64,000 bases of DNA from Candidatus Woesearchaeota archaeon (GTDB lineage: Archaea > Nanobdellota > Nanobdellia > SCGC-AAA011-G17 > PNOQ01), in NCBI GenBank assembly GCA_964603065.1, contig CAZRTL010000006.1:84-64083 (forward strand), in the 5' to 3' direction. Every line of letters starts with the position of its first letter. Positions within the stretch are counted from its first letter, which is position 1. The notes under the pieces were generated by a model. The model had not been told where the DNA came from. It saw only the letters and a program-made list of their open reading frames with translations, and did no database searches. Made by a program: the position numbers and the translations under genes. This document shows, piece after piece, positions 56,825 through 64,000 of the stretch.

Positions 56825-57822
56825 TTCCAATCTACTTCCACTTGGTCAGTTCTTTGATAGGGATATATTTGAGGATTAGTTTTTTTAAGTTTATTTCTTC
56901 CTTTATACATCAAATATCCAGTTAAAGCAATCATTGCTGCATTGTCTACTAAGTATGGTATTTCTGGAATGAAGCATTTGGCTCCTCTTTCTTTTGCCAT
57001 TATTTTTGACATTTCTTGAAGTCTAGAATTACATGCAACTCCTCCGCCTAGTGCGAGCTCTTTTTTATTACAGTGTGCCATTGCCCTTTCCGATACTTCT
57101 AATAGCATAGCAAAAGTGGTTTCCTGTAAAGAATAAGCTAACTCTTCTGTCTTGTATTTTTTTGAATCGTACAAATGTTTTAGTTTTGTTAACATTCCAG
57201 TAAATGAAATATCCATTCCTTTAACGGAGTAAGGCAATTCTATATAATTGTGAGATTTTTCAGCTAGTTTTGAGATTTTTGGTCCACCGGGAAAACCAAG
57301 CCCCATATATCTTGCAAATGAATCCAGAAAATTTCCAACTCCTTGATCCAGAGTTTCTCCAAATATTCTATACTTTCCTTCATCAAAAGCTATAATTTGA
57401 GTATTTGCTCCTGAAGTGTATAGAAGAACTGGATCTTTCGCCTTTGTTACTATTTTGGTAATTTCTAAGTGTGCTATACAATGATTTACTTCTATAAAAG
57501 GAAGTTTAAGTTCTTCAACTAATTCTTTTCCAACTCTTAGGCAAGGTCCTAATCCAGGTCCTGCAGAATATGCTATAAAATCGATATCCTCTAGTTTTAT
57601 TTTTGCTGTTTCTAATGCTTCTTTTAGTAATTTATCTTTATGTTTTTCGTGATGTTTGGCGGCCTTTATTGGAATGATTCCGCCTTTTTCTGTTGTGAAA
57701 GTTCTTTTTAGATTGCACAATACTTTAGGGCCTTTTGTTATTGCGATTCCGAAAGTATCTCAGCAGAATTAATCTAGAGCTGTACTTTCGATACCAAGGA
57801 TTATTGGATTTTCTTTTTCCAT
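56821..57822 (-). CDS. kae1: tRNA N6-adenosine threonylcarbamoyltransferase Kae1 (KEOPS), coding sequence interrupted by a predicted 18-nt bulge-helix-bulge intron (exons 57777..57822 and 56821..57758)
   Basis: Exon 1 (MEKENPIILGIESTA) sits at the end of the upstream ORF. Exon 2 (…TFGIAITKGPKVLCNLKRTFTTEKGGIIPIKAAKHH…GPGLGPCLRVG…VNHCIAHLEI) is the supplied 299-aa ORF. They are in the same frame, separated by TAA..TGA. The predicted splice gives a 327-aa Kae1. Confidence 0.7.
57759..57776 (-). other. Predicted bulge-helix-bulge intron inside kae1 mRNA (UAGAUUAAUUCUGCUGAG)
   Basis: Exon-exon helix GAAAGUA/UACUUUC. Central 4-bp helix CAGC/GCUG. 3-nt bulges UC|U (5' site) and AG|A (3' site). Intronic mini-hairpin AGA-UUAAU-UCU. 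Removal restores the frame and yields …ESTAHTFGIAI…. Confidence 0.6.
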
Positions 57823-59007
57823 CTTTGATTTTTGCATTCTTTTGTATATCCCGCCTTGCCTTATTATTATGTTATGTTCATCTAATATCCTTTTTATAAT
57901 TTTTGTTGAGGATAAATTTTGTTCTAAACAACTATTGACCTTAGTTCCTAACCATTTTGGCCAGTGATGCGGCAGTTTCTCTGCGTTGATTATTTTTTCC
58001 ATTAATTGATATCGATAAGACTGTACCATTGGATTAAACAATGGGAGAGAATATGCATCTTCTAATCTTATTTTTACTTGTTGCATAGTTTTTTTATGTA
58101 AATTTCCTATATTAGATTGTATGTTTAATGAGTCAAATATTTTTTGGATAAATTCTGCATTTGGTTTTGTGACTATCCCCGCCCTATATTGAGTTATATC
58201 TATATATCCATCACTATCTGCAATCCCCTGTAAGAAACTTATTTTGAATTGTTTTGGAGCTTTTAATATCCAATCTGATTTTATTTTATCATAGCTTGTA
58301 AGTTCAGTATTTTTTAGCCCTAAACAAACCTTGAATGCCCAATCGATTAACGGAGAGCATTGGGAATGCCATGCATAAAAATCATGTGGGTTTCTTTTTC
58401 CTTTTGGGCAGTTTTTTGTTCTGTTTATTTTAATTCCTAAGGATTTCAAACAATGAGATGCATACTTTCCGAAATTTAAGTTGGTTTTGAATTTGGTAGT
58501 CAATCTTAACTGGATTCTCCTTGTAACCTTATTTTTTCTTTTTATTCCATGTTTTGATGCGTCCCCAACCATTATCCCAAGGATGTACCCTAATTCTTTT
58601 TCAATATTTTTTGAATTTAGTTGGGACAAAACATTAGTTATATCAGAATATTTATTGATTTTCTCAGGAACATTAATCCATGGTCCAGTTTGTATTCCCC
58701 CTCTTGTTGAATTAATTGATAATATTTTTTTATTTGGTTTTAGTTGATTGTAGTAGTTCAGGTAGTGTGCAATACATGGGATAGATTCTTCTCGAAACCA
58801 TTTAGTTATTGTGAATTTGGAAACATTTATGATTTTTGAGATTTTATTGACCGGCATTTTTCTATTTCTTAATCTATACGCTTTTAAGAATAATTTTAAT
58901 GTTTCTTTTTCTTTATTTGAAAAACTTGTCCCCCAGAAAATATTTAAAAATGTTAAATCTTTTACTTTTTTATCGTTTGATAACTTTATTATCTCTTCTG
59001 TTTTCAT
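57823..59007 (-). CDS. LAGLIDADG homing endonuclease-like protein with N-terminal HTH, in frame with and not separated by a stop from kae1 exon 1
   Basis: LAGLIDADG motifs LGYILGIMVGDASK and FLQGIADSDGYIDI. HTH ISKIINVSKFTITKWF. Confidence 0.65.
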
Positions 59008-59016
59008 ATCTACTTA

Positions 59017-59460
59017 TTGAATTTTATCTTTATAAACTCTTTTTGTGTACTTGACAACATAGTTTTACATTCTTTAATTCCAAGAATTATTGGATTTTTC
59101 ATATATTTTTATTTTTTAATAAGACTTATAAATTGTTTTGTTTTCCCTATTTTTATGGAAACAAAAAGAAAAAATATATTATTTGAAAATATGAGGAAAG
59201 AACTTGAGTCTTCGGGTTTAGTCCAAGTTGTGGCCTCTCAAAGTTTTTTAAGAGGAGTTCATAATTGCAATGCCGAAGGAGTTATTTGTATAAATTATAA
59301 AAATCCTGAAACTACCCTTGGAGATGTTAGAAGTTTTTTAGATAGGGAAGGAGATTTAGAAAGTAAAGGGAATGGAGAGTTGGTTTATCAAGTAAATTAT
59401 GTAGAGAGACACTCTTCTGGATATGATAAAGTTGTAGTTAGAGAAATATTTCCCAAATAA
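59017..59460 (+). CDS. hypothetical protein
   Basis: ORF only. The real start may be the internal METKRK. Confidence 0.3.
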   Translation: MNFIFINSFCVLDNIVLHSLIPRIIGFFIYFYFLIRLINCFVFPIFMETKRKNILFENMRKELESSGLVQVVASQSFLRGVHNCNAEGVICINYKNPETTLGDVRSFLDREGDLESKGNGELVYQVNYVERHSSGYDKVVVREIFPK

Positions 59461-59727
59461 AAATCCTTAAAAATAATCTTTTACTCTTTCATTTTATGAG
59501 AAACGTTAATCTAGAGATAGGAAGGCCTTTATTTCATATACTTATGGATAGATTGATGAGTGTTGGAGATGTTGAAGTTAAATCGAGAAAAGAAGAGTAT
59601 TTTGTTGGAGACTTTTATGAAACTCGACGAGGAGTTATATTGATTAATTTTGATTTTGTTAATTTTAGCTTATATGCAATTATTCTCTAAGAGGAAGCCT
59701 CTAAACAAATTCAAGAAAGTTTAGAAA

Positions 59728-60912
59728 TTATTTTCCTAGAATTAACTCTATTATATCTAAATGTTTTAAGGTATGATCTTTGCCAATAGTTCTTTTTGTT
59801 TTTACATCTATGGCTCTAATGAAATTCTTTCCGAAATCTGTATGTAATCTGAATGCAAAGTCCAAAGATGTTGTTCCCTCTTTCATTAAGAAGCAATCTG
59901 GTAGAACTCTTCCTTCGGAATCTTCTAATTTAGAAACCCCTCCGGGATGTATAGCAATCCTTTTTAGTAAATCAAAAACTGCTGTGTCTAATATTTTTTG
60001 AACCCCAGTAAAATTAAATTTGGATAAAACATTATTTTTTATTAAGTCTAAGCCTTCTTTTTGTTTTTCATTTAAATCCCCTTTAAGTTCAAAATTGTTT
60101 TCTCCAGGAATATATGAAATTAGATTGTGTTTTGTAGCTTCTTTTAATGCTAATTCAGATTCTGCTGAGCAAGATATTAGGATATGATCTGGAAATTCTT
60201 TTTTTAGAGCTTCATAATTTTTTTCTGAACCAGGAATATCTATTTTGTTGCATGCTATTATCATAGGTTTTGTTTGTTTTCTTAATTCTGAAGCTAGCTT
60301 TAGCATTTGTTCTTCACTCCATTCCATAGGATTTTCTGGAAGTTCTTTTACTTCTTTTGATACCATGTCTACAGTTACTCTCAATCCAGATAGCTGTTTA
60401 GCTAGAGCTTTTGAAATATCTAAATGTTCTTGATGTACCTGTCTAGCAAACTTTTCCCAGCCTTTTTTTAATATTTGGAAGTACCACATGTCCAATTCGA
60501 ATTCTAGGAATCTTATGTCGTTACTTGGACTATATGATAAGGTTGGAACTGGTTCTCCTTTTTCGTTTGTTGAACCTGAAATATCTATTACATGAATTAA
60601 AGCATCTGCTTGGTTTAAATCTCCCAAAAACTGATTCCCCATGCCCTTTCCTTCATGTGCTCCAGGAACTAATCCTGCTACGTCTAAAAGTTCAACGGGT
60701 ACAAATCTATATTTATCTAGGACAAAACCTTCTCTAGGATTGGCTGTTTTATCAAATTCTCTTGCTATGTCTAGAATTTTTGCATGTCCTGCTCCATGAT
60801 TTGGTTTTATTGTTGTGAAGGGATAATTAGCTATATCTATGTCTGCTAAGGTCATAGCTTTGAAAAATGTTGATTTCCCGCTGCTGGGTTTGCCTACTAT
60901 TCCAATTAACAT
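59728..60912 (-). CDS. ychF: YchF/OLA1-type Obg-family GTPase with C-terminal TGS domain
   Basis: G1 GKPSSGKST, NYPFTTIKPNHG, G3 DVAGL, G4 NKID, C-terminal TGS-like region. Confidence 0.7.
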   Translation of the reverse strand: MLIGIVGKPSSGKSTFFKAMTLADIDIANYPFTTIKPNHGAGHAKILDIAREFDKTANPREGFVLDKYRFVPVELLDVAGLVPGAHEGKGMGNQFLGDLNQADALIHVIDISGSTNEKGEPVPTLSYSPSNDIRFLEFELDMWYFQILKKGWEKFARQVHQEHLDISKALAKQLSGLRVTVDMVSKEVKELPENPMEWSEEQMLKLASELRKQTKPMIIACNKIDIPGSEKNYEALKKEFPDHILISCSAESELALKEATKHNLISYIPGENNFELKGDLNEKQKEGLDLIKNNVLSKFNFTGVQKILDTAVFDLLKRIAIHPGGVSKLEDSEGRVLPDCFLMKEGTTSLDFAFRLHTDFGKNFIRAIDVKTKRTIGKDHTLKHLDIIELILGK

Positions 60913-60962
60913 AGTTTTGATAGAATAGAAGTTTATTTAAATAATTTTGTTTTCCCTTTTTT

Positions 60963-61457
60963 ATGTTACCATTTGGTCATTTGATATTTGCTTGGGTGAT
61001 AGGGTTAATTATCCAGAAATTAGCAAGAGTTAAGATATCCAGATTAGCTTGGGCATTATTATTATTTGGAGCTATTTTACCCGATGTTGATTATTTATTT
61101 TCTTTATTTTTGGGAGTGCCCTTACATAGAGGAATTACCCATTCTTTAATTTTTGTAGTTTTTAGTTTTTTTACAGTTTTTGTTATTTTAAACCATTATA
61201 AATTGGGAAAGGAGACCATGTTTTTTTCATTTGGACTTTTGACTCACTTATTTGCAGATATATTTTTTCCAACAGGAATTTTATTGTTCTGGCCGATTGG
61301 AACTTGGTTTAGTATATATGGAATTAGTAATTTAGCTAATTTGCCTTTAGTTGATGCTAGTTTATTTAAAAATTATATACTCAAATTTAGTATTGATACT
61401 TTTTTAGGATTGGTTTGGTTTGTATATTTATATTTTAAAGGAAAAATTAATTTTTAA
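60963..61457 (+). CDS. Membrane-bound metal-dependent hydrolase (YdjM/DUF457-like)
   Basis: His/Asp-containing TM helices (FGHL.., LPDVDY, ITHS, THLFAD). Confidence 0.45.
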   Translation: MLPFGHLIFAWVIGLIIQKLARVKISRLAWALLLFGAILPDVDYLFSLFLGVPLHRGITHSLIFVVFSFFTVFVILNHYKLGKETMFFSFGLLTHLFADIFFPTGILLFWPIGTWFSIYGISNLANLPLVDASLFKNYILKFSIDTFLGLVWFVYLYFKGKINF

Positions 61458-62253
61458 AACCCATTATATGATAAACTAATTGGGCTGCTCCCCTTTCTGT
61501 TAAATTATTATTTTTTATTGGAGAAACTTCGACTATGTCTGATCCAATTACATTCTTTTTTTCAAAGATTTTTTTTAGCAACTCTATTGTAAAATACCAG
61601 TCTAGACCGCCCTGAACAGGAGTTCCTGTTGCAGGCATAAAAGAAGGATCAATTCCATCTACATCAATTGTTATATAAACATTATCCGTTTTTATTTTTT
61701 TTATTATTTCATCTATATCTACTTTTATTGGGCATGTAAAAATAGTGTCTTTGAAATCTTCTACGTATTTTGTTTCATCACTGTCAAAAACTCTTATTCC
61801 TACTTGAACTGTTTTAAGTCCAAACTCCCTTATTCTTCTCATGACACAAGAATGATCAAATTTTGTTGGAGAACTGTTAAATCTTGGACTTTCGTTTCGC
61901 ATATCTAAATGTGCATCTATTTGTAATACTGTTATATCTTTGTGCTTTTCTTTTAATGAATCTAAAATTCCAATTGTTATTGAATGTTCTCCGCCTATAG
62001 AAATTGGAAAAGAGTCTGTTTCATTTAGAGTAGATTTTACTTTTTCTATCATTTCTTCAGGCTTTAAGTTTTCTACGTTAGCTTCTTTTTCTTCTATATC
62101 TATTTTATCAAAAGTTGTATCTTTTATGTAAGGATCATAATCTTCTATTTGTTCGAAGAGCATTTTTTTTATTGCTTCGGGTCCTTTTGAAGTTCCTTTT
62201 TTTCCAGATGCTGTTCCTTCGTATGGAATTGAAATTAGTGTTATTTTTTTCAT
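61447..62253 (-). CDS. Agmatinase/arginase-family (ureohydrolase) protein
   Basis: Mn-binding motifs GGEHSIT, DAHLD, ITIDVDGIDP. Probably agmatinase. Confidence 0.7.
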   Translation of the reverse strand: MKKITLISIPYEGTASGKKGTSKGPEAIKKMLFEQIEDYDPYIKDTTFDKIDIEEKEANVENLKPEEMIEKVKSTLNETDSFPISIGGEHSITIGILDSLKEKHKDITVLQIDAHLDMRNESPRFNSSPTKFDHSCVMRRIREFGLKTVQVGIRVFDSDETKYVEDFKDTIFTCPIKVDIDEIIKKIKTDNVYITIDVDGIDPSFMPATGTPVQGGLDWYFTIELLKKIFEKKNVIGSDIVEVSPIKNNNLTERGAAQLVYHIMGFKN

Positions 62254-62346
62254 TTTTTAATAATTTTGTTTAAGAATTTGCATTTTAAGCCTTTCTATTT
62301 TGATATTAGAAACTTTTATATATCAAATTTTAGTCTTCTTTATTGT

Positions 62347-62462
62347 GAGCCCGTAGCTTAGCCTGGTTTATAGCACTGGTCTTATATGACGGTTGCTGAT
62401 TTAGGTCAGTAGCTTGCTAAGAACACCAGAGGTCGGGGGTTCAAATCCCCTCGGGCTCACCA
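62347..62462 (+). tRNA. tRNA-Ile(TAT) with 37-nt bulge-helix-bulge intron at 37/38 and encoded CCA
   Basis: Acceptor GAGCCCG/CGGGCTC, anticodon stem CTGGT/ACCAG, loop CTTATA|intron|C. The bulge-helix-bulge is canonical (CTTA/TAAG helix, bulges TA|T and AA|C, intronic helix GAC/GTC). T arm GGGGG-TTCAAAT-CCCCT. CCA lies at 62460..62462. Confidence 0.7.
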
Positions 62463-62487
62463 TTAATTTTATAAGGTTTTATTTTTA

Positions 62488-62796
62488 TTGGGAATTATGG
62501 TTCATTCGAATTTTGGTTTGAGACATTTACATAGAAGAAAGAGAAAGAATTTTATTGATAGATTTATTTATATTTTTGCTATTGGTGGGCCTTTGATGAA
62601 TATCCCCCAATTACTAAAAATTTGGATTGAAAAAAGTGCTTCCGGTGTTTCTATAATCTCTTGGGTTGGTTTTTCTTTGACTGCGTTGATTTGGTTAATA
62701 TACGGAGTTATCCATAAAGAAAAACCAATTGTTGTAGCTAATGTTTTGTATTTTGTTCTACAAATTGGAATTATTGTTGGAGCCTTGTTGTACTAG
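62488..62796 (+). CDS. SemiSWEET/PQ-loop-like small membrane protein (3 TM)
   Basis: Three TM helices with the PQ-like motif PLMNIPQLLKIW. Confidence 0.4.
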   Translation: MGIMVHSNFGLRHLHRRKRKNFIDRFIYIFAIGGPLMNIPQLLKIWIEKSASGVSIISWVGFSLTALIWLIYGVIHKEKPIVVANVLYFVLQIGIIVGALLY

Positions 62797-62835
62797 AGAA
62801 ACATTTAAAAACTCTTAACTTTCTCAGTTCGTTAT

Positions 62836-62910
62836 GCTCCTGTAGTGTAGTCCGGCCAAGCATCCATGGTTTTCGTCCATGGGACCCGGGTTCAAATCCC
62901 GGCGGGAGCA
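62836..62910 (+). tRNA. tRNA-Glu(TTC)
   Basis: Acceptor GCTCCTG/CGGGAGC, anticodon stem CATGG/CCATG, loop TTTTCGT, T arm CCGGG-TTCAAAT-CCCGG. Confidence 0.75.
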
Positions 62911-62956
62911 TACTTTTATTTTTAGAAAAAATTAAAGAAATGTTGGGGAACCTGAC

Positions 62957-63742
62957 ATGGATGTTAGTGATCCTTTTGGAAAGGATGAGCGTGCTTTGAC
63001 TGAATCATTGCCTCTGAGAGTTCAAAAAATGATTGAGGATAGATTTGAGAAAGGAGAATCTTTAGATATAGATTATAGAAATTATTTTTCTCCGGGTCAA
63101 GAAAGGAAAATTAGAGCTGAAGCATACATAGCCACTTTTGATCAACTTAATGATTTAACTACACGAATTTTAGATTCGGAATCTATTATTTTAAAAAATG
63201 CTGCCACCATAGTAAGGGATACTATTTTGGATATGTACATGAAAGAATCTGCAAAGAAAAAAACTACTCCGATAACTACTCCTTCATTATTTTCACCCAA
63301 TGCCAAATGTGGAGAAAGAGATTTTTCTGGTGCGGCAAATTCTTTTGTTGGAGATTTGACTGAGATTGTAGACGAGTTAGATAAAGTTTTTGTTAAATGT
63401 TCTAGGTTAGCTACGTTTAGTGGAGATCCCACTTTGAAAGATATAGCTAGCGAATTTGGCCAAGTTTTGGAGAGCAAAGTTATGCCCGGTTTGTTAGTTG
63501 AAGGAAAATATTTAACTGACGATTGGGAAATTGATAAGGGAGCAGTTGCTGAAGAAGTGGTACCTAATTTTATGAACCTAGCCGATTATATTCATAATGC
63601 ATTGGATGATTTCAATGTAAAATCTGCACTAGAAGCTAGAGAATTGATTAAAAAAGTTGTTAGAGTTACTAATAAAATAAAATCTTCTGAGGTATCTAAA
63701 CAATTTTTAGAGGCTGTTTTATTACCTGGCTCGTCAGAATAA
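62957..63742 (+). CDS. hypothetical protein
   Basis: ORF only. Confidence 0.3.
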   Translation: MDVSDPFGKDERALTESLPLRVQKMIEDRFEKGESLDIDYRNYFSPGQERKIRAEAYIATFDQLNDLTTRILDSESIILKNAATIVRDTILDMYMKESAKKKTTPITTPSLFSPNAKCGERDFSGAANSFVGDLTEIVDELDKVFVKCSRLATFSGDPTLKDIASEFGQVLESKVMPGLLVEGKYLTDDWEIDKGAVAEEVVPNFMNLADYIHNALDDFNVKSALEARELIKKVVRVTNKIKSSEVSKQFLEAVLLPGSSE

Positions 63743-63833
63743 TTTTTTATTTATCTGATTTTATTTGTTGTTGAGGTTAAATTTATCAAGTAGAAAGTTT
63801 TATAAAAGAGAGTTGAACTTTGAAATTTATAAG

Positions 63834-63935
63834 ATGAAGCGAAGCAGTAACCGTTGGAAGAAAAAAGGTCAGATGCGTTGGAAGTGGCAACGTAAGAAGA
63901 TGAAGAAAGAAAAAAGAAAAAGAAAGAATAAATAA
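63834..63935 (+). CDS. rpl41e: 50S ribosomal protein L41e
   Basis: MKRSSNRWKKKGQMRWKWQRKKMKKEKRKRKNK has the typical eL41 R/K-rich 33-mer with the RWK..G.MRWKW core. Not in the supplied ORF track. Confidence 0.65.
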   Translation: MKRSSNRWKKKGQMRWKWQRKKMKKEKRKRKNK

Positions 63936-64000
63936 TTAGGACTTCATTTACTACTTTTACATCAGAAAACTTTATAAACACCACACGTTCTCATTTCAAT

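Noticed and set aside
57759-57776. Reading the kae1 interruption (TAA…TGA) as a pseudogene or as stop-codon recoding
   Set aside because: Both stops fall inside an 18-nt segment with exact bulge-helix-bulge geometry. Its removal gives an in-frame, conserved Kae1 N-terminus. No other gene in the window needs TAA or TGA read-through. Pseudogene is kept only as an alternative under the finding's refutation test.
42099-59007. The three LAGLIDADG proteins as inteins
   Set aside because: None is embedded in a host protein. They start with their own Met and HTH region and precede their neighbours rather than interrupting them. Free-standing homing endonucleases fit better.
1-64000. CRISPR arrays or integrated provirus
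   Set aside because: No regularly spaced direct repeats were seen. No integrase, capsid or terminase-like ORFs. The only short tandem repeats are the 17-mer at 26893 and coding low-complexity repeats.

Overview
The window is a low-GC (about 30%) archaeal chromosome segment that looks like a DPANN or Nanoarchaeota-type genome. It carries the standard archaeal information-processing genes: an S13-S4-S11-RpoD-L18e-L13-S9-RpoN cluster, L21e-RpoF-DUF655, LSm-L37e, S8e, S15, S3Ae, L41e, TFB, thermosome, Elp3, Kae1, Bud32, archaeal DnaG, PTH2, Rpp21, and FtsY with SRP54. It also holds eight tRNA genes (two with canonical bulge-helix-bulge introns, including a tRNA-Ile with a UAU anticodon), a stand-alone 5S rRNA and the SRP (7S) RNA.

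Several accessory features interrupt this backbone:
- Kae1 appears to contain an 18-nt bulge-helix-bulge intron in its coding sequence, and sits in frame behind a LAGLIDADG endonuclease ORF.
- Two further LAGLIDADG ORFs run into tRNA genes.
- A YD/RHS-type polymorphic-toxin-like locus opens the window. It comprises a truncated YD-repeat protein followed by two independently secreted RHS-core cassettes, one ending in a LysM plus M15 peptidoglycan-peptidase domain.
- A two-gene operon encodes a 656-aa protein with a pilin-like signal peptide and a 2339-aa secreted giant protein that also ends in an M15 peptidase domain.
- A family of about 165 aa with no recognisable homology is tandemly triplicated.
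- A HAMP sensor, PAS histidine kinase and two response regulators form one signalling module.
- DacZ, a FabH-like condensing enzyme and a 772-aa Cys-rich surface protein are also present.

All calls rest on motif reading of the supplied ORF translations and manual folding of RNAs. No database search was run.
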